Assembly (NCBI GenBank): GCA_951406725.2
Contig: OX597826.1
Coordinates: forward strand, 43,400,001 to 43,464,000
Source: Octopus vulgaris
Taxonomy: Eukaryota
DNA length: 64,000 bases
Direction of reading: 5' to 3'
Made by a program: the position numbers and the translations under genes. This document shows positions 12,944 to 26,064 of this stretch, piece by piece. Each line of letters starts with the position of its first letter. Position 1 is the first letter of the stretch. The notes under the pieces were generated by a model. The model made no database searches. It worked only from the letters and a program-made list of their open reading frames with translations, and was not told the origin of the DNA.

Positions 12944-14107
12944 TTGCACACACACACACACATACACACACACATCAGGCTTGCTTCCATCTACTGAATT
13001 CCTTCAGACGGCATTGGCCAACCTGGGTCCTATGGCAAAAAATGCTTGTCCACGATACCGGTGCCTTGCTATATTTATTCCTCCTTCTTTGCTTTCTGAG
13101 TTCATATTTAGCCGTGGTCTGCATTGGGTGGCAGACATCATCCGGCACCCGGTTTAGCACCTCCATTTGGCAACTGGGGTGCCACTGTGTTGCAAGCATT
13201 CAGGCCAGGTCTTCGGTGGGCGGATACCTTACCTCTCCACCCCACCCCACCCATTAACCTCAGAGACCCCGTGAAAGGTCACAAGTACTACCTAATCTCT
13301 TGACTACAAAAAAAGAAAAACAAAAAAAAAACAAAAAAAAGAAAAACAAAAAAAGCTTAAAAAGGAACGAAATATTTCTAAGGCGATAATTTATTTAATC
13401 TCTGGACGATTCTGCTTGAAAATTTTTCTAAATTTTTCGAAAAAAATCCTCCGTTTTCGTGACAGTCATTATTCATATACAAAATATTTAAATTTCTTTC
13501 TTAGATTTGAAATATGCTTCAAGCTATGATTAGATGGAATGCTCTTCTAAATATAAATCCCTTTGGAGAAAGTATATAAAAAAAACAGTAGTCGTTATAT
13601 TTCTTTCCTTTAATACAACTTAGTGATGCAGCATAAATATCAATAATAAGATTTGTGTTAGTGACAAAATAGCTCCAAACAAACGTTGATATCATATCAC
13701 TGAAGGAAAATTGTACTAAACATGGTCAGGGTTAAAATAAAAAGATTATTACCACAGAGTGAGATTATTTCTATTTTTCAGTCGGAGCATTTACCTTGGC
13801 TGTAGGCATAGCTGTGTGGTTAGAAAGTTCATTTGTCGATCGCGCGGTTCTGAGTTCGATTCTACAGCGCAGTACCTTGGATATGTGCTTTCTGACATAG
13901 CTTCGAAGTGACCATTACCTTGTGAACGGAATTTGATAGACGAACATTGTATGGAAAGCTGTCCGAATAGTTCAAATTTGAGTTTTAGGTACCAAGTCAA
14001 GCTTGAGCACCCAATGTATGTGCCTATTAATTTACGTCAGCAGAGGTGATATCATTTGAAAAACATACATACATACGTGTGTGCATGTATGTATATATAT
14101 ATATATT

Positions 14108-14315
14108 CTTGTACTTGTTTCAGTCATTTGACTGAGGCCATGCTGGAGCGCGGCCTTTAGTTGTTGAAGAAATCGATCTCAGGACTTGTTCTTTGTAAGC
14201 CTGATACTTATTCTATCGGTACATTTTGCTGAACCGCTAATTTTCGAGGGCGTAAATACACCAACATCGGTTGTCAAGCTATGGCGGGGGGCGGGATAAA
14301 CACGGGCACCCACAT

Positions 14316-14364
<49 letters not shown>

Positions 14365-14520
14365 CACACGACGAGCTTCTTTCGGTTTCCGTCTACCAAA
14401 TCCACCCACAAGGCTTTGTTCAACCCGAGGCTATAGTAGAAAATACTTGCTCAAGGTGTCATGCAGCGGGACTGAACCCGGAGCCATGTGGTTGGGAATT
14501 TACCTTCCTTACCACACACC
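14108..14520 (-). mobile_element. SINE family B copy
   Basis: Homology to 7570-7993. Confidence 0.8.
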
Positions 14521-14562
14521 CACACATGTATATGTATACACACACACGCATACATAATCACA

Positions 14563-14622
<60 letters not shown>

Positions 14623-14625
14623 TTT

Positions 14626-15262
14626 AGGATAACTTCTTAATAAGGAATCTTAACAAGAAATTATCAGGTAGATAGCGTGAAAAACCTCATAAGAGAAAAA
14701 TTTCGAAAATAATTCTTTCTTATTGAACATATTAATTTATATATAGAGGGCATTATTATACATACATGCCACACGCTAAGAGGGACATTAGTCATTTCTA
14801 CCAAAAATTTTACTAATCCTACCCAAATGCAATTTTTCAAAGCAAGACATTTAAAAAATGAATTTAGTCTTGTATCACCTGTGATTTCGTACTTACGTAC
14901 TCATCAGCAAGACTGGTTCTGAACGCATCATAGATAAACGACCTGTCTCGTCGAAGCCAAACAGCCAACTGTTCGACCCCAACGAAGCACATGGGGAAGT
15001 TTAAATATAATACATCCGGTAAATGGCAGGCTTCTTCGAATTGCATTTCGGAGGGGGGAAAGGTTTTTCGGAATAAAATTATTTAACAATTAAGGATAAC
15101 TTCTTAATAAGGAATCTTAACAAGAAATTATCAGGTAGATAGCGTGAAAAACCTCATAAGAGAAAAATTGCATTTGGGTAGGATTAGTAAAATTTTTGGT
15201 AGAAATGACTAATGTCCCTCTTAGCGTGTGGCATGTATGTATAATAATGCCCTCTATATATA
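14626..15262 (-). mobile_element. non-coding PLE-derived / retrozyme-like element in (TA)n with direct and inverted modules
   Basis: 77-bp direct repeat 14626-14702 / 15093-15169; 101-bp inverted repeat 14738-14838 / 15162-15262; central hammerhead. Confidence 0.8.
14866..14914 (-). ncRNA. canonical type I hammerhead ribozyme
   Basis: Reverse complement agtcttg-CTGATGA-gtac gtaa gtac-GAAA-tca cagg tga-TA-caagact: 7-bp stem I, 4-bp stem II with GUAA tetraloop, stem III, AUA cleavage triplet. Confidence 0.9.
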
Positions 15263-15290
15263 TATAAAAAAAAAAATATATATATATATA

Positions 15291-15476
15291 AGAGGGATGA
15301 CCACTAATTGGACATCCAATATGCTAGAAATAGACTCCATATGGTCTGACCACTAAGAAAAAGATTGCTCTCTTACCTGTATGTAATATAATTTTTCTGA
15401 ATCCTCAGATATTTGAATATGCTAGGCTACTGGTTTAAATTGATGTTAGTCAAGTTAATATTCAATTATTTTTACC
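15291..15476 (+). mobile_element. ~190 bp (TA)n-anchored repeat family, copy 1
   Basis: Homologous to reverse complement of 48671-48871 (GATNACCACTA..TGGACA.CC.ATGCTAGAA.TAGA...ACCACTAAGAAA). Confidence 0.6.
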
Positions 15477-15972
15477 ACCACCACTACCACCACAACCAAC
15501 AACAACAACAACAACAACAACAACGACGACGACGACGACAACAACAACATAGTGCTACTTGAAGTGAGACATATTTTCAATGTTTGTAATGCAAATTTCA
15601 AACAACTCTCAGGACTGTAAAGCCACTCACGTGCTCATATAATACAGAGAAAGCACGTCTAATAAGAAGTGACAGAGGCTTTAAATAGGACCATACTACT
15701 TGTGCGTGCGTGTGTATGTATGTGTGTGTGTGTGTATGTGTGAATATATCTGTCATACACACACATATACACATACACACACATACACAAACACACAAGT
15801 ATTAAATCCACCTCTACAAAATTAGGTGTTTAAGTTTCCTTACAGTTCAGAATCTTAATTCTGGCATTCTTATCAACTCGATAAAGTAGACTGTGGCTTC
15901 AAAAAGTTAAGGAATTCAGGTGGTAAGAGAATTGTGCTTTGCAGAGAGAGAGAGAGGGGGGAGAGGGATGAG

Positions 15973-16016
<44 letters not shown>

Positions 16017-16706
16017 AGAGAAAGAGAAGGAGAGAAAGGGAGACTGTGAATGAAAAATGTATATAAATTCTTTCAAATTCTATCACAATAATTGTTGAAT
16101 GAGACTTCTGTATGAAAGACGTTATTAATTCCGAAATAATATAAAGTAGTTTTAGAAAAATCGCTCTTTAACAGTTTTCTTTCTTTTTTGGCAAATAATA
16201 ACAAATTTATTTATTTTTTGACAAATAAGTAATATTTGGTCAGAGTTACTTCTGTCTTAGAAAATGGGAACCTCGTAATGGAAATAAAGAGAATTTTAAT
16301 CGAATTTAATTATAATGTGTTTCTAAGACTGCTCAAACTTACAGCTTGTGCAAACATGACAAATATTCTATTATTGTGTAGAAGATCTGGGTTCGAAACC
16401 CACTATAGTCGTTTTCATTTACTGTTCAAGGAAACTAGTGTTGAGAACTCTGAGAAGGTTATACAGGTGTTTTTGAAGATCTATATAATGGTATAGTCGA
16501 TTCATTATGGATCGATTAATGGTGCAGAGTTGATGCATCATTGTATTAAGCAACACTAGCTTATCTGAAACTCACGTAGGCAAATTATATATTGTAAATT
16601 ATGAATTAAAATGTACACTTCTCCATTCTACTTTGTATTGTGTGTAAATATATTTGTACACACACACAAACACACACATACACACACACGCATGTATCAT
16701 TCAAAA

Positions 16707-16908
16707 TGTGACCGCGTGTGTACCGTTGGCGATTTTTTTTCCTCTGTCTTCCCTTCTCTGGATCTTTCCTTCTCCTATGTTCCCGACGAAGAGCTCCGCT
16801 CGAAACGTTAAACCCTCCTTTTTTCCTTCTTTCCTGAGCGTCCAATAATACTATATTTGTTCCACGTCCTCGCGTTGTGTTTTTTTGTGTTTTCTTGTTT
16901 GGATTAGC

Positions 16909-16911
<3 letters not shown>
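16707..16911 (+). mobile_element. ~200 bp PLE pLTR-like element with minimal hammerhead
   Basis: Homologous inverted copy at 48901-49105; ends in (TA)n; CCGACGAA-gagc tcc gctc-GAAACGTT motif at 16779-16813. Confidence 0.7.
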
Positions 16912-16957
<46 letters not shown>

Positions 16958-17579
16958 GATTCCGTCCAGTTTTCGTTTTATAATTTGACGCAAGTGTTTT
17001 CGAAATATCACTGGTCGTGGCTTATTCACAAATTATACACGCACATACACACACACTACACTCACCTATTAAAATAAGCATACTTTTCGTTCTAATTAAC
17101 AACATACAACACAACTAATTTATATACGCTATATTATTTAAAATATCAAAAATATTCGGTGGCACCACGTGTTTCTAATTTTACTAATTAATTAGTTTAA
17201 CAATTAATTAGCTTAACAGTTGTTAAAAACTCTATGATAAGTCGTACCGTTATTTAAAAATCTTTTTCAGTTTTCATATAATTATTTAGGATAAGCTTAT
17301 TCAAGAAATGGATGAATGACCTTATTTAAGCATTGAATGAATGAGTGGATGGACGGATTAATTTGTTTCTAAACAAATAAATAAATAAATAAATAAATGC
17401 CTGTACGGTTAAGGGGCACAGGGATGCCTATGTGGTAAAGGAGTTTTATTTACAACTATGTGGCTCCAGGTTCAGTACCAGTGTACGGCCTTAGGAGCCT
17501 CGATAATGACCCCACCGGCTAACCAAAGCCTTGTGAGTGCATGTGTCCGGTTTTGTAAGGCGGAAACGATGCGCCTACT

Positions 17580-17616
<37 letters not shown>

Positions 17617-17688
17617 AAATAGCATTATCGTCGGTTCGTAGAAAACATTCACATTAAATTAGCGATAAACGTTATATATATATATATA

Positions 17689-18072
17689 TACGAGCAAAAC
17701 GCCCCTCCCCCGTCCAATGGTCGGTGCTGAGTTGTCAAACATTTAAACCAAATTTTCTCAAAACAACTTAGCCGACCTTCCCATTGGCCTCCGCTTTGAT
17801 AAACACTGATTTAACCTAAATTTGAGATACCAGCAAAAGAAGAAATAAAGATAGACTTTTTTTCTATTCCAAGAAAAACGATTTTACAAATGCACGTTCC
17901 CACGGCTTTATCGATCGCATTCTCACCTGGAATCGATTTTTGTAATTTTTTGAAGACTTATAGACGCTCAGATACCGTCTGTATCTACATATCAAATTTG
18001 AGCGCAATCGGATGGAGGATGCCCGAGATCCTAGAAAACATACACACAGACAGAACGGATTTTATATAATAT
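17689..18072 (-). mobile_element. non-autonomous Helitron-like element
   Basis: Reverse complement starts TATATTATATAAAATCCGTTCTGTCTGT...CCGATTGCGCTCAAATTTG (DINE/Helitron-like core) and ends in a GC-rich stretch plus CTCG. Confidence 0.5.
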
Positions 18073-18074
18073 AT

Positions 18075-18500
18075 ACTCCTTTACTCTTTTTTACTTTTTT
18101 ACTTGTTTCAGTCATTTGACTGCGGCCATGCTGGAGCACCGCCTTTAGTCGAGCAAATCGGCCCCGGACTTATTCTTTGTAAGCCCAGTACTTAGTCTAT
18201 CGGTCTTTTTTGCCGAACCGCTAAGTGACGGGGACGTAAACACACCAGCATCGGTTGTCAAGCAATGCTAGATGGACAAACACACACACACAAACACACA
18301 CACACACACATACACACACACACACATACATATATATATACATATATACGACAGGCTTCTTTCAGTTTCCGTCTACCAAATCCACTCACAAGGCATTGGT
18401 CGGTCCGAGGCTATAGCAGAAGACACTTGCCCAAGATGCCACGCAGTGGGACTGAACCCAGAACCATGTGGTTGGTAAGCAAGCTACTTACCACACAGCC
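18075..18500 (-). mobile_element. SINE family B, young copy
   Basis: Near-identical to 7570-7993 outside the internal microsatellite. Confidence 0.85.
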
Positions 18501-18682
18501 ATGCAAGAATTACGGAATGGAGTATGGGAAATCCGGGTTGCATATGTTACATAGCGAGTGGAACATCAGAAGTGGTAAAATCCAAGTAAGGTGTATACCG
18601 CTGGCTATTCGTCAGGCCAAGGATATCTTGATTAGATTGAAGGCTACATTGTCACAAGGAGGTATATGTTGACGCAAAGATA

Positions 18683-19192
18683 TCTATATATATAAAACTG
18701 TAGTTGTGTGAGTGTCTGTCCCCTTCGATTTAGATTCCTAACTACTCCCACATTTTGCGGTGCAGTTTAACCAAATTCGGGTATCTTATAGTCGTGATTC
18801 ATATCGAGCCCGTCTGAGTATTAGCGCGCGTCTACGATGAGTCTACGATTTTAAAAATAATTTAACATTTTTTATTCCATTTTAATGCATAATTTTTCGT
18901 TTGTCGATGGCGGCGGAGTTGGCGTCCATGGTCACACCTGCACCTGTTTGCTTCTCCCCCTTCTTCCCTCCCTCGTGAAGCTGTGGGGAAGGGAGTGTAA
19001 GGAAATCAACGTCGTAAAGCGTTGTCAAGGAGACCAGCGTTCTTTTAGAACAACGACTTCATGACTTGAAGACACCAAAACAGAAATGGCCAAGAAAGCC
19101 TGAATTGGCATCTATAAGGGAAGTAACTCTCTAAAAATGCTTATATAGTTATTTCCCTTACAAATCCGAGCAACGCCGGGCGATACTGCTAG
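18683..19192 (+). mobile_element. non-autonomous Helitron
   Basis: 5' TCTATATATATAAAA, 3' hairpin CCGAGCAACGCCGGG then CTAG, inserted between A and T, no TSD. Confidence 0.8.
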
Positions 19193-19205
19193 TAATATAT
19201 AAAAC

Positions 19206-19407
19206 AATTGTTTGGAATTGTATCTCGAAGTACATATAAAGCTATAAATAACGGCATATAAATACTGGGTCGAAAACCCCTTTGAGAGAGAAAAAGTCGA
19301 AGGCAACCGATGACTTTTTCTATCCAAAAGGGAGTTTCAACGAAATATTTACAAGCTGTTATTCATAGCTCTATATGTACTTCGAGATCCAGTTCCCCAA
19401 AGCAATT
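19206..19407. repeat. ~200 bp imperfect palindrome (foldback/MITE-like)
   Basis: Arms ATCTCGAAGTACATATAAAGCTAT...GAAAAAGTC / GACTTTTTC...ATAGCTCTATATGTACTTCGAGAT around a 13-nt loop. Confidence 0.8.
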
Positions 19408-19458
19408 ATTTCATGTTCTCTCGAAAGTTTATAAATTCTTATGACGTCAACAGCACAA

Positions 19459-19512
<54 letters not shown>

Positions 19513-20557
19513 ACATTTACATACATTTATATATATATGCTTGTATGTGTGCATGTCTGTGTGCTTATGTGTGCTGTGTGTGTTTGAGTGTGTGCGTGTG
19601 TGTGTATTTTTATCTGTCGCTTACCGCTTGAGACAAGAAGTTTGTGTTTGTTTCGTTTGTCCCAGTAACCTAACAGTTAGAGTAAAAGGAGATTGATAAA
19701 ATACCGAAACCGACTTGATCGAGTGAACTCTTTTTGGCAGCGGTGCCCCAGTATGGCCGCATTCCTCTGACGGAAACAACTGAATAAAATAAAAAAATAA
19801 AAAAGCATCATTCTCAGAACTCGCTTTTTACGAGTTTATAAAGTTTAGTCTAATAATCGTTTCGCTTAGCACCAACCAGCTGGACCGATTATTTCCTTAG
19901 AAAATACTAAAAACTATTTCCATGTTTGTTTTAAGTTTATCAACATTCTTGTCATATTCCCCGTCACATATGCAGATGTCAGAACTGCCATTTCAACAGA
20001 CATCCATCAGAATCAAAATAATAGTAGTCTCTCTACTGCGTAAGTCTTATACTATAACTTCACCTACAACTTGGGGTTGGAAAATACCATCGTTAATCTT
20101 CACATCCAAACGCATTCCTTTTATGTGTCTTTCATTCTTCAGCGAAAGTTCATTGAGTAAAAACGAATTAGTATTCTCCCCTTTATAGCAAATTAACCAA
20201 CCTAGTGAATCTAACTAAATGATAGAGTAAACTCGACCCATTCGTACTTTTCACCTCACGTCAGCCTTGTTACAGCCAACCCCATAACCAGCCTCGCACT
20301 TATCATTATTCCTAGTCCTTTCTTTCCTTAACATCGCCCTTTTGGAATATTCTTCTTGCTCATGTGTCTCCCGCAGGTGTTAGCCCATAACAGTTTAAAA
20401 GCGAACATTAATACCTTTGATAACAACACGCCTCACACCGCCCTTGGTTCTGGATTAAAAAATATCAGTTTTACAAAAATTCACTTCCCCCTTTCTCCTT
20501 TTCACTCCCCTCTCTCTCCACCATCTCTCTCCACCCTCTCACTCTCCCACACAGATA

Positions 20558-20832
20558 TTAGTTTCAAATTTTGGCACAAGATCAACAACTTCTGGAGAGG
20601 GGACAAGTCGATTACATCGACCCCAGTGTTCAGTTTATTTTTATTTTATCGATCCCGAGAGGACGAAAAGCAAAGTCAACTATGGCGGACTTTGAACTCA
20701 GAACTTAAAGACGGACGAAATACCTATTTCTTTACTACCCACAAGGGGCTAAACACAAAGAGGACAAACAAGGACAGACAAACGGATTAAGTCGATTACG
20801 TCGACCCCAGTGTGTAACTGGTACTTAATTTA
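20558..20832 (-). mobile_element. SINE family A composite (young T2 3' part joined to older T1 copy)
   Basis: Junction GAAATAG|GTATTTCGTCCGTC at ~20720. Confidence 0.75.
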
Positions 20833-20851
20833 TAGACACAGGTACATAACA

Positions 20852-20891
<40 letters not shown>

Positions 20892-21294
20892 TATATATTT
20901 ATTCGACGGGCTCCTTTCAGTTTCCGTTTACCAAATCCACTCACAAGGCTTTAGTCAGCTCGTGGCTACAGTCGAAGACACTTGCCTCAGGTACCACGCA
21001 GTAGGACTGAACTTGGAAGCATGTGGTTGGGAAACAAGATCTTAACGGGCAGTGGTTCCGACTGCTCGTCGCCTTAAATAAAGACATAACGAACAGAATG
21101 TGGACATGAGACCGAAAAGTCTTTTGGATTGAAAAAGTTGAAGACGGGCTACCTTTAACTTTTTCTAACCAGAAGTCATTTTTAAAATCAACTACTTACA
21201 TTCTATTATTCGTAGCTTTATTCGCTTCGATATTCACCGCTCGTAGACAGAATTCCCGTTCTCTCGAAATCAATACATTCTTATGACGTCTACT

Positions 21295-21592
21295 AATGGC
21301 CCAGTGGTTAGGGCAGCGGACTCGCGGCCGGAGGATCGCGGTTTCGATTCCCAAACCGGGCGTTGTGTGTATTTATTGAGCGAAAACACCGAAAAGCTCC
21401 ACGAGGCACCGGCAGGGGGTGGGAGGTGGCGACCCCTGTTGTACTCTTTCGCCCCAATTTTCTCTCACACTCTCTTCCTGTTTCTCGAGTAACGCTGCGA
21501 TGGACTAGCGTCCCGTCCACCTGGGGGGGGGGGGAACACACACGCCACAGAAACCGGGAAACCGGGCCTATGAGCCTGGATAGGCTTGAAAA
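21295..21592 (+). mobile_element. tRNA-derived SINE, family C head with V-domain-like tail
   Basis: TGGCCCAGTGGTTAGG...GGTTTCGATTCCC head as at 44232; tail CTGCGATGGACTAGCGTCCCGTCC...GCCACAGAAACCGGGAAAC. Confidence 0.75.
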
Positions 21593-21656
21593 GGGCGTAT
21601 AAATAAATAAAAATAAATATGACGTGTTTGGAATTGGGTTCGTGTGTTGAAGCATA

Positions 21657-21800
21657 TTCTGTTGTGTCTGGGGAGAGTCATTTTCTTTTTGTGCCGGTAA
21701 AATTTCCACTTATTTCTTATTTTTATTTTCCTAAAATTTTCGTTGGGTCTTGCAACCTTTTCAATAGTCAAGAAAATGACTCTCCTCGGACACAACATAA
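21657..21800. mobile_element. Tc1/mariner-type MITE
   Basis: ~29-bp TIRs TTCTGTTGTGTCTGGGGAGAGTCATTTTC / GAAAATGACTCTCCTCGGACACAACATAA flanked by TA. Confidence 0.65.
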
Positions 21801-22062
21801 TAAATATGATGTCTACACTGTAAAAAATATTTTGATTTATTCTGTCGTGGTGACGCGTTTGACTTTCCGTAGAAGGAATAATTTAGGCGTTGGGCGTAGT
21901 TATACATAAAGAAACACAGAAAGTGTATATCCCGTGTATTTATGTTTTTAGAAATGACTTTTGCAACTATTAAAACAAGAAACTAAATATTTTAGTAGAC
22001 AGGACTTGACAACCACTGTTGTCTTATGAAAGGTTTATAAACATGAATGAAATGTTTGAAAC

Positions 22063-22117
<55 letters not shown>

Positions 22118-22218
22118 GCACATATGTATACATATATACACATGTATACATACATGCATATATATATATATATACACGCACATATTTATAAAAACATACA
22201 GATGCACATGTGTATATA

Positions 22219-22276
<58 letters not shown>

Positions 22277-22416
22277 TACATATATATATGTGCACGCATA
22301 AATATATATGTATATAGTTGTATGTATAAATATATGTGCATATATAAACATATATATATATATATATGTATACATATATATAGAATATATATATATATAT
22401 ATGTATAGACACACCA

Positions 22417-22465
<49 letters not shown>

Positions 22466-23029
22466 TATATAATAGAGTTTCTTTGTGCTGTGAATAACTT
22501 TCTTCAAAGGCACACTGAAACCCCTAAAGTATGATATACTGTATTAGAAATTGTGTCAATTAGTACAGAAGACCCCTACTAAATCACAAAATGTTGCCAC
22601 TTGACCACACCCATCTGTTTCGATAACGAACGGGTTTTTGTTCTACATTTCTTTCGCAGTGTTCCCTTGTGGGTAGCAGCAGACCATTTAAAAAAAAGTG
22701 CAAGTCTATTTTTTCCATGTTTGTTCTCTTGCCTGTGAGTTTTTCTGTAGAGAAATGAGATCGAGGAAGTGCGTGAGCGAGAGAGGAAGCGTAAAAGACA
22801 GGGAAAGTGAGAGAGAGAAATGGAGGGGAGAGGAAGGAAAAAGAATATGAAAGAGAGAGAGAGAGAGGAAATGCGAGTAAAGGCTGCTGTTAATCTTTAT
22901 TTTAAAAATACATTCACTTTTATCGCCGAAATATTTCCCATAAACAAGCAGCTGTGTTAATTAACCAATGACCTAATTAACAAGATTTTGCTTCTATTTA
23001 CCTCCAAACTAGTATTACAATAATGATTA

Positions 23030-23810
23030 AGACGGTGAGACGACAGAATCGTCGCTACTGCGCCGGATAAAATGCTTTGCGGCAACTCCTTCACTTTTAC
23101 TTTCTGAGTTCAAATGCTGCCGAGGTCAGGTTTTTCTTTCATTCGTTAAGGATCAATAGAATAAGTACCAGTTAACTACTGGTGTGACCAAAATTGATTT
23201 CAAATGTTGGCTCAAGGCTAGAAATTTTAAGGGTGAGGGTAAATCAATTACATCGACTCCAGTGCTTAACTAGTACTTAATTTATTGACCCCGAAAGAAT
23301 GAAAGGAAAAGTTAGTCTTGGCGGTATTTGAACTCAGAACGTAATAATAAATATCATTAGGCATTTTCTCCGACGCGTTAACGATTCTACCAGCACGCCG
23401 TCTTTACTGTTATTACAATAATCCTTTCTACTAAAGGCGCAAAGCCTGAAATTTTGGAGGAGGGGACTATTCAGTTACATCGACCCCCAGTGCTCGATTG
23501 GTACTTATTTTTACCTACCCCGAAAGGATAAAAAGAAAAAAATCGATCTCGGCGGAATTTGAAGTCAGAAGGTAGCGGCAGACAAAATACCTATTTCTTT
23601 ACTACCCACACCAGGGACTAAATACAGAGAGGACAAACAAGGACAGACAAACGGATTAAGTCGATTACATCGACTCCAGTACGTAACTGGTACTTAATTT
23701 ATCGAGCTCGAAAGGATGAAAGGCAAAGTCGACCTCGGCGAAATTTGAACTCAGAACGTAGCGGCAGACGAAATACTGCTAAGCATTTCGCCCGGCGTGC
23801 AAAAGATTCT
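23030..23810. mobile_element. cluster of SINE family A copies (one plus-strand, the rest minus-strand, including a T2/T1 composite)
   Basis: Repeated head and core motifs; junction at ~23588. Confidence 0.8.
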
Positions 23811-24242
23811 TTACTGCCATTACAATACTACAAATATACAAAAGAAGTGCTATGTGCTTGCTGAAGCAGCTTAATCTCCCTCAAGTCGCACTCTAACATC
23901 TTAAACAAGGCAATGAAACAACAGCTAATATTTAAGCAGGTTTGAATACATATTATCATAGGTCATTTACAATGAAGACTGGCCAGTCGTCAAACAACAA
24001 TTCTACAAGAATAACGATGACGACAACGATATACAAAAATAGCTTGACTCACTGTATTGTACCATAGGCCAGTGTCATTGTCTCTTCTGCTATAACTCCG
24101 GGACGACCAATGCTCTGCGAGTGAATTTGCTAGACTGTGTGGAAACCCGTCGTGTATTTATACACACACACACACACACATGTATATATTTTCAGGATTA
24201 AATAAAAAGAAAACGGATAAAAAATACACAGCTGTGTGTATA

Positions 24243-24350
<108 letters not shown>

Positions 24351-24363
24351 CATATATATATAT

Positions 24364-24423
<60 letters not shown>

Positions 24424-25092
24424 CCCGGGTTGATATATATAGTATAGGTATATATATATATATATATTTAATTTATTATATAGAAGGAGCTTCTACAGGA
24501 CTAGTACTGTTTCATTCAAGAGAAATCTTCAGGAAGCTATTTAACAAGAATTGTATTAGCATTTATACATTTAGGCAGGTTTAAAGGAGTGGTGGTGGGG
24601 GACTTTTTGGGGGTAGGCATAGCGCAAAATATCATACTTGGGGGAGTGGTTATATATATGTGCGTAAGTGTGTGCATATATGTATATGTAAGTATGTGTG
24701 CGCGTATGAGTATGTATGTATGCTTGCACACGTGTATATATATGTGTGTGTGTATATATATATGGATGCGCGTGCGTGTGTGCACGTGTATGGGTACGCA
24801 TGTATATGTGTATGTGCGTGTATGCGTATACGTGTATGTATGTATGTGTGTGCGTAGATTTGTATATGTATGTGTGAGTGTGTATATATATATATATATA
24901 TATATACATATATATAGATGGGTGTGTGTATGCGTATAAATGCATGTAAGTATGGATGTATGGATGTATGTATGTATGTATACGTATGTATGTGTGTATG
25001 TGTGTATGTATATATATATGTGTGTATATATGTTTGTGTATGTATATATATGTGTATGTATGTGTGTGTATATGTATGTGTGTATGTGTATG

Positions 25093-25142
<50 letters not shown>

Positions 25143-26017
25143 TATGTATCTGTATGTAGGAGTATATATGTGTGTGTGTGTATGTATATGCGGGTATATA
25201 TATATATATGTATATTTATTGGTGTATATGTATAGACTAGCCTCCTAAAGTGTAGACACGAATCTGTAGGTACGAGTACGTATGTGTATATACGTGAACG
25301 TATGTAGATGTTTGTATGTATGAATATAACGCGTGCGTACGTGTATGTGTATGAGTGTACGAATGGGTGAATGTACGTGCTAATGAGTGTGCGTGCGGGA
25401 ATGAGTACTTGCCTTCTAGTAGACAGACAAATGGACATGCAGCCATTGCCAGGATTCTTAGCCTAGCGATCAAAGATAACAAAAGTAATAAATGAAGATA
25501 ATAAAATTAAAATTAGGGAATGGGCCTGTATTGGATTGTATATATATATATGTATATGTATATTTGTATGTATGTATGTGTGTATGTGTAGGTATGTATA
25601 GGTACACATGTGTATGTGTATGTGTATGTATATATGTGTGTATGTATGTATGTGCACACATGTATATATATGTATGCGTGTATATGTTTATATATATATA
25701 TGTGTACATAGGTGTATGTGGGTGTATGTATATATAGGTGTAAATATGTGTATATAGGGAACTAGGTGTGTTGTGTGTGCATGAGTGTATGTGCGTATGA
25801 ATATATATTTTTATGTGTATATATGTATGTGTGGTCGTGGGTATATATATATATATATATACATGTGTGTATGCGTGCATGCATGGGAGTGAGTGTATGC
25901 ATATATACGTGTGTGTATGTGTAGACAGGTATAGGCATGTGCATGTGTATAAATTTGTATATGTGGGCGGGTGTATGTATGTGTGTATGTAGATATGTAT
26001 GTATGTGTGTACATATG

Positions 26018-26064
<47 letters not shown>

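Noticed and set aside
13143-13200. HDV-like ribozyme candidate (GGCACCC...GCACCTCC...GGGGTGCC)
   Set aside because: Only a hairpin is supportable; P1.1, P2 and the J4/2 catalytic strand were not found
13254-13735. piggyBac-like MITE bounded by TTAACC / GGGTTAA
   Set aside because: Terminal match is too short and imperfect
15390-15412. Minus-strand CUGAGGA-uuca-GAAA
   Set aside because: No stem II, and not conserved in the homologous copy at ~48752
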